Shown one piece after another: positions 1-9,943 of a DNA stretch of 40,361 nt. The notes beneath the pieces are model-generated. The model was not told the origin of the DNA, did not search any database, and was given only the letters and a program-made list of their open reading frames with translations. The stretch is from a virus. Each line of letters starts with the position of its first letter. The stretch's first letter is position 1. The position numbers were made by a program, and so were the translations under genes. The stretch lies in IMG/VR virus record IMGVR_UViG_3300045988_017739, positions 1-40,361 of that record; one strand, written 5' to 3'.

Positions 1-617
1 CTCTGGCTGGCTGCTGCCGCCCTCTGGCTGGCTGCTGCAGCGCTGGCGCTGTTGGTTGCCGTCTCTTCCAGTGCGTTGATCCGCGCCTGCGCCTCCTTCA
101 GCAGCTGATCTGTGGGGATCCGGGTCACGCTGTCCGACATGACGCCGCACAGGCTCTCGTCCAGCCGGGTGTCCGTGATGTTGCCTGCTGTGATCGCTGT
201 GGAGCCCGCCGGGCGGGTGATCTGGGCAAGGCACAGATCGTACAGCAGATTGGTGCGGGAGATCGCCGGGGCGGTGGGTGTGCTGGCAGGCGTGCCCTCC
301 AGCACCAGCAGATACGACTCCCGGGCTGCTGCATCGTAGCGCAGCACCACGCGGTCAATGCGCGGACGCTGTGCATCTGCCAGCGGTAGCGTCAGGGTAT
401 CGGGCTCCTGCTTGATGATGCTATAGCCCACATACTTCGCCGGGTGTACCCATGCCCGGCCTCCGCTCACCTTTACCGTGTAGCCACCTCCGGGGGTGAC
501 CGTGTAATCCTCCTCGGCACTGTACACGCCGGAAGTCCGTGCGGAGTTGTACCCGGCTGCGTCCGCGGCATCGTAGGTAATGCCGTCCAGCGGGTAGGTT
601 GTAACAATGGCACTCAA
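1..617 (-). CDS. Tail fibre protein, 5' part. The gene runs off the left edge and continues in frame at 40361..39882.
   Basis: TTG start at 617..615, 5 nt after RBS GGAGGTG (rc of 623..629). My translation is LSAIVTTYPLDGITYDAADAAGYNSARTSGVYSAEEDYTVTPGGGYTVKVSGGRAWVHPAKYVGY...RIDRVVLRYD...ITAGNITDTRLDE...INALEETATNSASAAAASQRAAAASQ. It is absent from the ORF track because there is no in-window stop. It sits directly after the tail-tip genes. Confidence 0.75.
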   Translation of the reverse strand, partial: MSAIVTTYPLDGITYDAADAAGYNSARTSGVYSAEEDYTVTPGGGYTVKVSGGRAWVHPAKYVGYSIIKQEPDTLTLPLADAQRPRIDRVVLRYDAAARESYLLVLEGTPASTPTAPAISRTNLLYDLCLAQITRPAGSTAITAGNITDTRLDESLCGVMSDSVTRIPTDQLLKEAQARINALEETATNSASAAAASQRAAAASQ

Positions 618-628
618 ATAAACACCTC

Positions 629-1636
629 CTAGATCTTCTGCCAGACCGGCGTGCCCCAGCGCACCGTGCGCGTGGTACCGTCAGCTTGGCTCTGCGTGAT
701 AATGTTCGCAGCCCGGACTGTTGCCTTATAGCCGAGCTCCGGGAGCGAGCAGATGGCCACATCTCCGGGCTGCAGGCCATCATCTTCCACATTGACCTCA
801 ATGCTGCCTGTCCGGGTCTGATCCAGCAGCTTGTTAAGACCGCGCGCCATCAGGCGCTCCAGATAGGCAGTGCTTTTGCTGGTTTCGCCGTTCGTTTCAT
901 CCGGTTGGAGGTCTCGGGCGTCCACATACATCTCCCGCCGTTCCGATCCGGTGGCATCCGTCAGACCTACCGTAACGGTAGCACGCTCCGCACCTTCTCC
1001 AGAGCCCTGTACAACAGCTACGTTTGCGTAGTTGCTATCACCAAAGGCCCAGCTGGTATTGGTCAGGTTGCCCCACTTACTGGAGAAGCGGTTGTTCGGG
1101 TCCTGTGTAGGCCGGAACACCTCGAACTGCAGGTACTTGTCTGCGTTCTTGCCCTGTACAGTGATACGAAAGCCAAGATCACAGGCAGCCCCCAGCGTGG
1201 CGCAGTAATCGAACACGCTGCTGCCGGAGGTCTGCTGCTCGTACTTGGTATCAAAACCGTACAGCGGCCCCAGACGGAGCCGCGGCCACGGTGCCATGTC
1301 GGACACTAAGCGGCGCATTGCAACCTCCGCGGTCTCGTTCTTGACGATGGCGGTGCTCACCCGTTTGGTGAGGATCCATGTAGCCGGGAATCCTGTGCAG
1401 ACAATGTTGGCGTCCTCGTTAGCGTTTGACCGGTAGCAGATCCGCATGGGCACCTGCCGGTCACTGCGCTTGATCCAGCGCCCTTCCTGCAGCAGGATCA
1501 GGTTTTCCGCTGTGGGGCGAACCTCCAGCGTGAACTCGCCCTCCGTGTTGTACGGCTCGTCCCAGTACAGGCTGACCCATACATCTACGCTACCGACACG
1601 CACCAGAGTGTCCGCGTCCAACACGTCAAGTCGCAT
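629..1636 (-). CDS. Tail tip / tail-associated protein (Tal-like siphovirus tail component)
   Basis: 335-aa ORF with ATG at 1636 and RBS GGAGGTG. It lies third after the tape measure, between the Dit-like gene and the tail fibre. The call rests on synteny. Confidence 0.55.
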   Translation of the reverse strand: MRLDVLDADTLVRVGSVDVWVSLYWDEPYNTEGEFTLEVRPTAENLILLQEGRWIKRSDRQVPMRICYRSNANEDANIVCTGFPATWILTKRVSTAIVKNETAEVAMRRLVSDMAPWPRLRLGPLYGFDTKYEQQTSGSSVFDYCATLGAACDLGFRITVQGKNADKYLQFEVFRPTQDPNNRFSSKWGNLTNTSWAFGDSNYANVAVVQGSGEGAERATVTVGLTDATGSERREMYVDARDLQPDETNGETSKSTAYLERLMARGLNKLLDQTRTGSIEVNVEDDGLQPGDVAICSLPELGYKATVRAANIITQSQADGTTRTVRWGTPVWQKI

Positions 1637-2501
1637 CAGTCATCACCTCCGGGATAATGCCGGTGTACATCGGGTAGAAGCTGATCGTAGCCTGCAGCGC
1701 GTCCGCGCCGGAATCGGCTTCGGCTTTGAGCAGGTTGTCCCCGGCGGGCAGCTCTGTCAGGGTACTGTCCTCGTCCAGATAGGCAAAGAGGTTGCTTTCC
1801 TCGCCTGCCCGGGTGCGCTTTACCGCCAGTCGGTCGGTGGTAGTCCGGTAGAACTCCACCGTATCGCCCGGCTCCAGATCAAAGCCCACCAGTCCGATAA
1901 AGTCCCCCCGCAGCACGTCTATCACCCGCGGGTTCTGCACCGGCGCCGTGCACCGCAGGGTTGCGGTAAAGGGCACCGACAGGCTGCCGGGGTTCTGCAC
2001 GTTCACAAAGGTAGCTTCGTTCTTGGCGCTGTACCGGTGGGTATGGTAGTTGACCGGGAACTTGAACCCCGGTGTAAAGCCGCCCAGCGTGTAACTCTGC
2101 GCCGTTAGGCCGTACCAGAAGGGCTTTTCGCAGTACAGCATGATATCCAGCTGCGGGAAGGGCTCGATCTGCTTTGTGTAGGGCGTTTTGGAGAGGACGA
2201 AGCGGCAGAACCACTTGTCCCCGAAATATAGCGTCCCGCGGGTAAAGTAGGGCAGGGCGTTCAGCCACAGGACGGAATCTGCCTCGCCGTGGCTGCTCCA
2301 GAAGTCAATGATCAACTCCCGATACACGCCTGCAACACTCTGTTGCTCCACAGTAGAACCGGTCTGATTGACGCCCTGCGCCAGCTTCAGATCCACAGAG
2401 ACGCCGTTCAGCGGGTCGAAAGAATAGGGTGCCCCATAATCCCAGCCCGCGTGCAACGTCACGCCCGCGTCTGTAATGAGCATCAGATGATCTTTGCGCA
2501 T
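1626..2501 (-). CDS. Distal tail protein (Dit-like phage tail family protein)
   Basis: 291-aa ORF immediately downstream of the tape measure, overlapping the next gene by 11 nt. This is the canonical Dit position. Confidence 0.6.
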   Translation of the reverse strand: MRKDHLMLITDAGVTLHAGWDYGAPYSFDPLNGVSVDLKLAQGVNQTGSTVEQQSVAGVYRELIIDFWSSHGEADSVLWLNALPYFTRGTLYFGDKWFCRFVLSKTPYTKQIEPFPQLDIMLYCEKPFWYGLTAQSYTLGGFTPGFKFPVNYHTHRYSAKNEATFVNVQNPGSLSVPFTATLRCTAPVQNPRVIDVLRGDFIGLVGFDLEPGDTVEFYRTTTDRLAVKRTRAGEESNLFAYLDEDSTLTELPAGDNLLKAEADSGADALQATISFYPMYTGIIPEVMTDAT

Positions 2502-2517
2502 GGGTCATTCCCTTCTT

Positions 2518-5500
2518 TCATCGTTTCTTTGCCTTGGCGTGATCCGCTTCCCAACGGGTTTCACGGGCAAGGTCAGCCGCCGTCTGCGCCTTGGAGTAGA
2601 TATACTGGTTGACCGTGGTATCTCCCTCCCGGTGGTAGTTGCCGGCGGCTGCGGCCACCTGCGCGGTGCCGGAGGCAGCCACGCGGTTGCTGACCTTCAT
2701 GTTGTCGGACAGCACCAGCGCGTTGGCCTGCCGGACCATCTCGGCCAGCTTTTTGTTGGCCTCTACCAGTGCCGCCGTGTTATCCTCGATCACCTTGTCA
2801 TGATCGGTGTCCGGCTTGGGCACAGGATTGGTGGAGCCAGAAGAACCGGAGGAACCGCCGGTGCCGGAGGATCCAGAGGAGCTGCTGTACTGCCGCTTCA
2901 GCTCGGCCAGTTGTTTCTCGTAGTCAGCCTTCAGGGTGGCCAGCTTACGGTCGTACTCGGCATCTTTGACAGTGCTGTTGTGGTTCAACTCCTGCAGCTT
3001 CCGGTTGTAATCCTGCTCCAACTCACTGAGCTTAGCGCTCAGGCTGTCAGAAGAATTATCCTTTTCGGTCAGCTGCTTCTTCAGTGCTGCCAGCTGCTTC
3101 TCATAGTCGGCCTTCAGATCTGCCAGACGGCGCTCATATTCAGCGCTCTGGGCTTCACCCTTGTTGGTGTAGGTGTTCTTCAGCTCCTGCAGCTTCTGGT
3201 TATAACTCTTTTCCAGATCGCTGATCTTGTTGGCAAGCTCATCCGAGTTGGACGGGCTGGAGCCGGAGGAGCTGCTGCCGGAGCTGGTGTTGTCCTTCTT
3301 GGGCTGGTACTTGGCAATCAGCTCCGCAAGGGACTTCTGGTACTCTACGCCCAGCAGCTGCTTTTCCAGATCCGACATCTGGATGACATTCTGGGCTTCG
3401 TTGATCTGCTTTTCCAGTTCTGCCAGCCGGGCGGCGCTGGTGGTGGTTTTCTTCTCCAGCTGCGCGGATGCAAGCTTGTACCGGGCATCCAGCACCTTCT
3501 TTTCGAGGTCTGCCAGATCCTGCTCATAACCCGCAGCCAGAACCTTCTTTTCGGCCTCCAGCATCCCGGGGTCATCCTTGGTCAGCTTTGCCTTTTCCAG
3601 CTCTGCCAGCTTCTTATTGTACTTCGCGTCCAGCTGCTTCTTTTCAGCCGTGCCGGACTGCTTTGCGTACTGGGCATCCAACTGCGCCTGCGCCTTCGCC
3701 CTTTCGGCTTCGGCCTTCTCAGCAGCTTTCCGCTCTTCTCGTTCCTTGTGTATCTTATCGGCATAGTCAAAGGCAATATTGGATACGGGATCAATATGAC
3801 TGTCCCAGAGCCATGCAACAGCGTTGTAGACCTTGATCAGACCATTGATAATGTTGACAAAGCCTTGCAGATAAGAGCCATAAACGCGCAGCAGGCCCTC
3901 AAAAATGTAGGACATGAAGTCCCCGATACCGCCCCAGATGGACTTGACACTGCTGGATGCGTCCTTGTTGGTAGCGATAAAACTGCCCAGAGCACCCACC
4001 AGCATACCGATCAGGGAGATCACCAGCAGGATGGGGTTTGCGTCCATGGCGATGTTCAGCCCGGTCTGTGCGCCGGTGGCCGCAGTGGCCGCTGGCACGA
4101 ATTGCCCGATAAACCCTGCCGCCAGACTTGCAAGGTTTTTGAACACGCCGGACAGCGAGCCGGACAGCTTGCCAAGCGCATCCATGGCAAAGGTCTGGAT
4201 CTGGGTGCGCTGCTCCTGTGTGCAGGCATTCCAGAAGTAGGCGGCAGACCATGTAGCTATGCTTTCCAGATCGCCGTCCTTGATCGCCTTGAACAGCGTT
4301 TGAATGCTGCCCACGACATCGCTCTGGATCGATTTGTTGATCTGCTCCCAGCTGGAGTTTAGCTTTTCGGTAAACTGGTAGGTCAGCAGCTCTGCTGCGC
4401 TGGAGAACTGCGGTCCGGCGTCCTCGATGGTCTTGCTGACGGTCTTTGTACCGTCAGCGGCGATGGTGGTTACAGTCTTGACCGTGCGCTCTACGCCGTC
4501 AATGATCTCAGTGCCGGTGGAGGTGATGGTCTGCTTCTGCTGGGTGGTACCGTCCTTCAGGGTCTCGGTCACGCTCTGAGTGACCGTTTCAATGCCGTCC
4601 GCGAGGGTTGTTGCAGTGTTGGTGACAGAGGCCACCACCTGCGCTGCGGCGTCCTTGGCCAGTTCTCCGTTTGTGGTCAGGCCCTGTGCAAGACCCTTGC
4701 AGATGTTCATGCCGATCTCGTCAAAAACCTTGGAGGGCGAGTGTATGCCCAGCAGACCCTTGACGGAATCCACCATGCCCGCTACCTTGGACTTGACGCC
4801 GGACACAAGGCCATCCCATGCACCGATGATACCGTTCTTGATACCCAAGACGATGTTGGTGCCGATGTTGCCCCATTCGGTGTAGCTGCCATCCCAGACG
4901 CCCACGATCTTGGCAACGCAGGCAATGGCGGCTTCTCCAAGGTTTGCGATGCCGAGCAGGATGCCGTTCACGATGGCCTGCAGCAGCGATGCGCCGCACT
5001 GGAGCAGGTCCGGCAGATGCGAGATCAGCGCCGCGGCGAACTTCGCCAGCAGCTGTGCGGCCGCGGTGATCAGGGCAGGCAGATTGTTCTGGATGCCCGT
5101 GATCAGGTTCTTCAGGATCTTAATACCGGCGTCAAAAAGATCGTCTGCATGATTGCCCAGATACTGGGTCAGCTTGATGATGATGCCGGTGGCGGCGCTC
5201 ATGATCATCGGGATCTTCTGCGTGATGCCGTTCACCAGACTGCCCATGATGGTCACAGCAGCATCCAGCATGGCAGCAGGACCGTCCTGCGACAGAATAG
5301 CGGTCAGGGTGGAGATCGTCTCTGTTGCTCCCTGCGCCAGCACCTTCAGTGCAGGCTCCATCTTGTCGTAGATCGCCAGCTGCAAGCCTTCCAGCGCGGA
5401 CTGCATGATGGTGACAGCGCCCTGCAGGTTGTCCAGCTGGGTGTCTGCCATCTGACCCATAGCGCCACCGGCGTTGTCGATCTGGGTGGCCAGAGTTTCC

Positions 5501-6393
5501 CACTGCTCACCCTGCGCTGCCAGCAAGCCGTTTACGGCTGCGAGGTCGGTCTTGTTAAACAGCTGGTTGATAATGCTGTCTTTGCCACCCTGCGTCATGC
5601 CAGACATAGAGGTGTTCAGGTCGGTAAGGATATCGTCCAGCTGACGCATATTGCCTTGGGTATCGTAGACCTCCAGCCCCAGCTGCTCCATAACCTCCCG
5701 GGCGTCCTTAGTGGGAGACTGCAGCGACAGAATGATATTGCGCAGGTGGGTGCCGCCTTCGGCGCCCTTAATGCCCACGTTGGCCAGCAGACCGAGGGCG
5801 GTTGTCAGCTCTGTGGTACCACCCTTCAGGTTTGCGGCGGTGCCGCCCACGGTCAGGATCGCTTCACCCAGCTGGGAAACGTTGGCGTTTGCCTTACTGG
5901 CAGCCATGGCGAGTTTGTTACCAAACTCGTCCACATTCTGCTTGTTGGCCTCGATATTCAGCGAGGCCATGGCATCGGTGACCAGATCGGACGCATAGGC
6001 CAGATCCATGCCGCCTGCAGCCGCAAGGCTCAGGACGCTGGGCAAGACCTCGGCGGCCTTGTCTGCATCGTAGCCCGCCAGCGCCAGATAATTCAGCGCG
6101 TCTGCTGCCTGTGTAGCTGTGAACGCGGTAGTCCGGCCCATCTCCTTGGCGGTGTCGGTCAGATTCTGGATCTGATCGATACTGGTGCCCATCGTGGCCG
6201 CCACCTGAGACATGGACGCGTCAAAGCTCATGCCCACGCCGACAGAGGCCTGCGCAAGGCCTGCCAGCTTGCCGGTGGCCGTTTTGACGAGATCCGCGAT
6301 CAGAGTGCCGGCGGCCACCGTCATGCTGCTGAGCCCCTTGTTAAAGCCACCAGCATCCAGTTTGGTGTCGCCAGTTATCGTATAGTCTGCCAA
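2518..6393 (-). CDS. Tail tape measure protein
   Basis: Open frame of about 1,300 aa. It has Gly/Ala-rich membrane-like segments and a long coiled-coil C-terminal half with repeated ADYEKQLAxLK units. The ORF track starts it at GTG 6426, which has no RBS. TTG at 6393 (MADYTITGD...) is preceded by GAGAGGTGG and is preferred here. Confidence 0.9.
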   Translation of the reverse strand: MADYTITGDTKLDAGGFNKGLSSMTVAAGTLIADLVKTATGKLAGLAQASVGVGMSFDASMSQVAATMGTSIDQIQNLTDTAKEMGRTTAFTATQAADALNYLALAGYDADKAAEVLPSVLSLAAAGGMDLAYASDLVTDAMASLNIEANKQNVDEFGNKLAMAASKANANVSQLGEAILTVGGTAANLKGGTTELTTALGLLANVGIKGAEGGTHLRNIILSLQSPTKDAREVMEQLGLEVYDTQGNMRQLDDILTDLNTSMSGMTQGGKDSIINQLFNKTDLAAVNGLLAAQGEQWETLATQIDNAGGAMGQMADTQLDNLQGAVTIMQSALEGLQLAIYDKMEPALKVLAQGATETISTLTAILSQDGPAAMLDAAVTIMGSLVNGITQKIPMIMSAATGIIIKLTQYLGNHADDLFDAGIKILKNLITGIQNNLPALITAAAQLLAKFAAALISHLPDLLQCGASLLQAIVNGILLGIANLGEAAIACVAKIVGVWDGSYTEWGNIGTNIVLGIKNGIIGAWDGLVSGVKSKVAGMVDSVKGLLGIHSPSKVFDEIGMNICKGLAQGLTTNGELAKDAAAQVVASVTNTATTLADGIETVTQSVTETLKDGTTQQKQTITSTGTEIIDGVERTVKTVTTIAADGTKTVSKTIEDAGPQFSSAAELLTYQFTEKLNSSWEQINKSIQSDVVGSIQTLFKAIKDGDLESIATWSAAYFWNACTQEQRTQIQTFAMDALGKLSGSLSGVFKNLASLAAGFIGQFVPAATAATGAQTGLNIAMDANPILLVISLIGMLVGALGSFIATNKDASSSVKSIWGGIGDFMSYIFEGLLRVYGSYLQGFVNIINGLIKVYNAVAWLWDSHIDPVSNIAFDYADKIHKEREERKAAEKAEAERAKAQAQLDAQYAKQSGTAEKKQLDAKYNKKLAELEKAKLTKDDPGMLEAEKKVLAAGYEQDLADLEKKVLDARYKLASAQLEKKTTTSAARLAELEKQINEAQNVIQMSDLEKQLLGVEYQKSLAELIAKYQPKKDNTSSGSSSSGSSPSNSDELANKISDLEKSYNQKLQELKNTYTNKGEAQSAEYERRLADLKADYEKQLAALKKQLTEKDNSSDSLSAKLSELEQDYNRKLQELNHNSTVKDAEYDRKLATLKADYEKQLAELKRQYSSSSGSSGTGGSSGSSGSTNPVPKPDTDHDKVIEDNTAALVEANKKLAEMVRQANALVLSDNMKVSNRVAASGTAQVAAAAGNYHREGDTTVNQYIYSKAQTAADLARETRWEADHAKAKKR

Positions 6394-6441
6394 TGTGTCC
6401 ACCTCTCTTGAAAAGAGCGCGGGCACAAAGGCACAGGCTGC

Positions 6442-6621
6442 TTAGATTTTAATCTCTACTTCCCGGCGGCAGGCCGGGTTTTTGCATTTGACCCACACAC
6501 CCGCAGCAGTGGCTTCAGCAGCTGCCCAAACCGGCAGCGCCTTGCCACAGAAGGGGCAGGGTACGGGGCTGCGCGTATCACTCCCCGGTGTGCTGGAAAC
6601 GGGCAAGGAATGCGGCGTCAT
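6442..6621 (-). CDS. Small cysteine-rich zinc-ribbon protein (Cys-rich KTR / Com-like)
   Basis: CPFCGK...KCKNPACRREVEIKI shows two CxxC-type pairs. ATG at 6621 overlaps the 3' end of the upstream chaperone gene. Confidence 0.4.
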   Translation of the reverse strand: MTPHSLPVSSTPGSDTRSPVPCPFCGKALPVWAAAEATAAGVWVKCKNPACRREVEIKI

Positions 6622-7189
6622 GGTCTGCAACGGTTGCAATGCGTCTACCTCCCTTCACCTCTGCCGGCAGCGCGTAGGCACCCCGCAGCAGCTCATACCG
6701 CTGCCGTTCCTCGCTCTGCATCCCGGACAGATCCGCGGTACGCCAGCACATGATCTTGTGCATCAGCGTGTCCTCCGGCAGGCTCAAAAACAGCGCCCGG
6801 AATCTCCACCAGTGCATGGTAGAGGTGGTCAGGTCGATGCCGTAGGTCTGCTGAAACGCAGCCACGATATAGGGCGCATCGGACGCATAGTCAAAGGCGA
6901 TTTCATGGCTACCGGCAGAAGAGGATACACTGCGCCGGGCTTCCGGTGTAGCTGCTTCACCTCCAACATAGAAGCGGAGCATCGACTGGAACGCCTCCCC
7001 GGACTGTGGTAGGGGGACGTCCTCCCGGAAAAAGCGGTGAAACGCCTCTTGCGAGAACAGAAACGGATCCTTGTCAGGGGTCCCCCGCAGGTACTGGTTT
7101 GCCAGCCACACCATAGGCCGGAAATCAGAGTTGATTTTGCGCCCCTCCCATTCGCCTTCACAGAGAGGGGTCAGCAGAAGATCAGCCAT
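6578..7189 (-). CDS. Tail assembly chaperone, Gp15-like
   Basis: 203 aa, between the major tail protein and the tape measure. The sequence (...YIVAAFQQTYGIDL...MHWWRFRALFLSLPEDT...) resembles the phage Gp15 family as I recall it. The start overlaps the upstream stop (ATGGCTGA). Confidence 0.6.
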   Translation of the reverse strand: MADLLLTPLCEGEWEGRKINSDFRPMVWLANQYLRGTPDKDPFLFSQEAFHRFFREDVPLPQSGEAFQSMLRFYVGGEAATPEARRSVSSSAGSHEIAFDYASDAPYIVAAFQQTYGIDLTTSTMHWWRFRALFLSLPEDTLMHKIMCWRTADLSGMQSEERQRYELLRGAYALPAEVKGGRRIATVADHDAAFLARFQHTGE

Positions 7190-7655
7190 TTTCCAGCGCC
7201 GCCAGCTCTGCCAGCAGCTGCTTGCGGCGCTCGGCCTTGTCCGGCTGTGCTGCCGGATAGCTCACGGGCGGCTTGTGCTTATTATGCTTGCGCTCGGCAC
7301 GGCGCTGTGCACGGTTGCCCTGCGGCGCCAGCGGTACGGTGACAGCAGCCTTTGCCGCGGCCTTCTCGGCCTCGATAGCGGCTTTGAACTCGGTTGCAAC
7401 CTGCGTGCACTTGCCCAGATCGCTGCCGGTCAAGCCAAGACGCTGCGATGCGCCATCGCCCAGCACCGCGTCAAAGTAGTCCATCAGCACACGGCACTGG
7501 CTGCGCAGAATGTCCGAATAACTTGCGTTCTCCTGCTCCAGCCGCCTTGCTTCAGCCTTGGCACGGCTGATCTGCTGCTTGGATGCAGCTTCCATGCGGT
7601 CAATATCGTCCGCGTTCAGCGCGGAAAACTCAAACTCCAGATTGCAGATGATCAT
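7182..7655 (-). CDS. Tail assembly chaperone (gpG-like position)
   Basis: 157 aa, acidic N-terminal part and basic tail, directly after the major tail protein. The call is by position only. Confidence 0.45.
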   Translation of the reverse strand: MIICNLEFEFSALNADDIDRMEAASKQQISRAKAEARRLEQENASYSDILRSQCRVLMDYFDAVLGDGASQRLGLTGSDLGKCTQVATEFKAAIEAEKAAAKAAVTVPLAPQGNRAQRRAERKHNKHKPPVSYPAAQPDKAERRKQLLAELAALENG

Positions 7656-7717
7656 GTGATATTTACCTCCTATAAAAAGAGCCCCCGCCAGCGGGTGACG
7701 AGGGCTGATGTGTGAAG

Positions 7718-8233
7718 TTAGGCGGGGGCGTAGGTGTACTCCGTAGGAGTGCCGATACCCTTGAAATCGCAGGCAAAGGTGGCGTTTGCACCCGCGGCGC
7801 CGCCCTTGTCCGAGGTCAGGATCAGTGCGCCGGTACCCTTCTCACCCTTGCCAGTGCGCAGAGAGAAGTAAATGTACGGCACAACGACAGACTGGCCACT
7901 GCCGAAAGCGATCTTATGAGAGAGCAGGAAGTCCTGAAAATCATCTCCCACACAGCGGTCACCGTTGATGGTGAGGGTGCGCTGGGTGGCACCCTTGGTA
8001 GTACCGGTGCCGGATCGGATGTAGGTGCTGTCGCTGGTGGATACGTTCAGAGCACCGCTGTGCTCCTTAACGTGATCGGCACAGACGATCCAAGTGCCTT
8101 CAGCGGTCTGCTTGGTGGCGTCCGTCTGGACGGCAAACACAAAGTCGTCTGCGGTCTCAATGCCCTTGTAGGCTGCGCTCGGCTCAATGCCAAAAAGTTC
8201 CTTGGCCTTTGCCACTGCTTCGGTAACAGTCAT
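7718..8233 (-). CDS. Major tail protein
   Basis: 171 aa with RBS GGAAGGGAG. It is the first gene of the tail block, Thr/Gly-rich with a beta-type composition. The call rests on synteny. Confidence 0.6.
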   Translation of the reverse strand: MTVTEAVAKAKELFGIEPSAAYKGIETADDFVFAVQTDATKQTAEGTWIVCADHVKEHSGALNVSTSDSTYIRSGTGTTKGATQRTLTINGDRCVGDDFQDFLLSHKIAFGSGQSVVVPYIYFSLRTGKGEKGTGALILTSDKGGAAGANATFACDFKGIGTPTEYTYAPA

Positions 8234-8236
8234 GTG

Positions 8237-8692
8237 TTATCTCCCTTCCTGATAATACTGAAGTTGGAGTTGAATTTGAAAACGGCAGGTGTTTGAATCC
8301 TGCGATAGGATATACCCCGGAGAGAGGCAGACCACCTTCTCAGCGCGTCTGCCAGCCCCCAGAACAGGGAGTTTGCGTGCACGGGACTGGACCTCTACCC
8401 ACTCCGCAAAGTCCTCCCAGAAGGAGGAGTTTGCCGCTTGCTGCACCTGATCCTCGGAATAGCTCATGCGGGATGCCAGTATATAATTCTTGGCCCGGCT
8501 GCTGCCTCCGAAATACTGTGCAAGCAGTGGTGCAGAGGGGGTGCTTTCCAGTGAAAACGGCACCATGTCCGGCTCACCGGTTCCGAGGTAATCAATCCCC
8601 AGAACCACATCACCGTTGTTCAGTGTAGTTATAAGCGGACAGGTTGCGAGCCAGTCCAGCATGGCCTTTACGTCTGCGGTTTTCTGGCTCAC
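8237..8692 (-). CDS. Tail completion / tail terminator-like protein
   Basis: 151 aa. GTG start overlaps the upstream stop (GTGA), with RBS AGGAGG. Positional call. Confidence 0.4.
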   Translation of the reverse strand: MSQKTADVKAMLDWLATCPLITTLNNGDVVLGIDYLGTGEPDMVPFSLESTPSAPLLAQYFGGSSRAKNYILASRMSYSEDQVQQAANSSFWEDFAEWVEVQSRARKLPVLGAGRRAEKVVCLSPGYILSQDSNTCRFQIQLQLQYYQEGR

Positions 8693-9096
8693 TTCAGATC
8701 CTCCTGTGCGCGTGCTTTGACAAACGAGATGAACTCTGTACGGTGATCGTTGATACAGCGCTCACCCCAGTGAGGGCCGCGGCCATCCTCACGGACGCCG
8801 CGCCCCAGTGGCAGGCGGTAGTACTGGGCACCCGCATAAGGGGTGACGTGCATGATCTCGCCGCTGCCCAGTACCGTGTGTGTTTTAGCGCTGTTAGCCA
8901 GCGCACCAGTGCGCAGCGGCACATAGGGCGTTACCAGCCGGATAAACTCCGCGTCTGTTTCCTTCTGCAGCTGTTCAAAGCCGGCAGTGAAACGCCCGCT
9001 CAGGTCTGCCGCCCAGCGGATCCCCAGCCGGATCTTGCCATCCTGCCCCAGATCCACGTCCCGGGGCTGGTTTATGGCGAGCAGCGGGTTTGCCAT
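8689..9096 (-). CDS. HK97 gp10-like head-tail joining protein
   Basis: MANPLLAINQ... start at 9096 (TAATG overlap with the upstream stop). The segment ...FIRLVTPYVPLRTGALANS...VTPYAGAQYY is typical of the gp10 family as I recall it. Confidence 0.5.
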   Translation of the reverse strand: MANPLLAINQPRDVDLGQDGKIRLGIRWAADLSGRFTAGFEQLQKETDAEFIRLVTPYVPLRTGALANSAKTHTVLGSGEIMHVTPYAGAQYYRLPLGRGVREDGRGPHWGERCINDHRTEFISFVKARAQEDLK

Positions 9097-9551
9097 TAGC
9101 TCACCTCCACGCACCAGTGGGGCACACGCCCATCGCGGTTGTCGTGAATGCTGGTCACTGTAGCGGTGCGGCCACTGGGCAGCTGCACCTTATCTGCCAG
9201 TGACAGCGTCCAGTAATCGCTGCGCCGGGACGGGTCGATTGCCTTGAAGGCAGACGCGGGCAGGAAGCACCGGCCTGCGTCCATGGTGGCCTTCGGCCGA
9301 TCCGCAGGTGCTGCAGTAGAGTAGCCCGGGAAGATGCAGATCACCGTTGCATCCCGGCGGGAAAATCCGGGGGTATCGACCTGCGCGCTTTGGACTTCCG
9401 CGCAGCTGACCTTTGACAACTGAAAGGTGTAGCTGGCGTCAGAAGTCCCGGCGCGGACATGGTGGATAAAATTGACGCTCTTGGTAGCCAGAAGAGGCTT
9501 GCCCACGAAAAACACCTCCTCAGCGTCTACGCGGCGGGTGATAAACCGCAC
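9096..9551 (-). CDS. Head closure / head-tail adaptor protein
   Basis: 151-aa ORF with a GTG start overlapping the upstream gene by 32 nt. The call is positional and the exact start is uncertain. Confidence 0.4.
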   Translation of the reverse strand: MRFITRRVDAEEVFFVGKPLLATKSVNFIHHVRAGTSDASYTFQLSKVSCAEVQSAQVDTPGFSRRDATVICIFPGYSTAAPADRPKATMDAGRCFLPASAFKAIDPSRRSDYWTLSLADKVQLPSGRTATVTSIHDNRDGRVPHWCVEVS

Positions 9552-9933
9552 CTGCGTAAATCATCCAGCGGGTAGCCGGAGCGGACAGAACCCGCAGGAT
9601 CAGCTGATCCTGTTGCTGCTGGATCGCAGCCTGTGTGCTCTGCGCTGCGGCATAGCTCTCGGAATAACCGTGGTTGTTGACGCTCGTTACACCGGACAGA
9701 CTTGCCTGTGCGGCGCTGTCGCCGCCCAGACTGCGCATCAGGGTAACCAGCTGCGCCTGACACTCGGCCAGCTGACTGATCTCTTCCGGTAGCGCCGCCA
9801 AAACCGCCCGCCAGTGGGTTGCCCCTTCGATCTCCAGCGCAGCTTTGGCTGCCAGCTGCCGGAACTCTGCTTCTGTCAGAGTGGTGTCGGGGCAGCGCTC
9901 TTGGTAATCGGTGTAGGTCAACCAGCTATCCAT
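9520..9933 (-). CDS. Head-tail connector (gp6-like DNA packaging/connector protein)
   Basis: 137 aa with RBS AAGGAG, first gene after the major capsid protein. Confidence 0.5.
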   Translation of the reverse strand: MDSWLTYTDYQERCPDTTLTEAEFRQLAAKAALEIEGATHWRAVLAALPEEISQLAECQAQLVTLMRSLGGDSAAQASLSGVTSVNNHGYSESYAAAQSTQAAIQQQQDQLILRVLSAPATRWMIYAGAVYHPPRRR

Positions 9934-9943
9934 AGGACGCTCC

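Noticed and set aside
2494-6411. Long plus-strand ORFs (2494..4362, 622 aa; 4741..6411, 556 aa) antisense to the tape measure gene
   Set aside because: Their composition is low-complexity and rich in Leu, Gly, Arg and Gln. They have no RBS and lie entirely inside a well-supported minus-strand gene. They are typical shadow ORFs of GC-rich DNA.
7175-7195. Programmed -1 frameshift joining the two tail chaperone ORFs (gpG/gpGT type)
   Set aside because: The two ORFs overlap by ATGGCTGA with a normal ATG start for the second gene. No XXXYYYZ slippery heptamer is visible at the overlap (GGAAAATGGCTGA).
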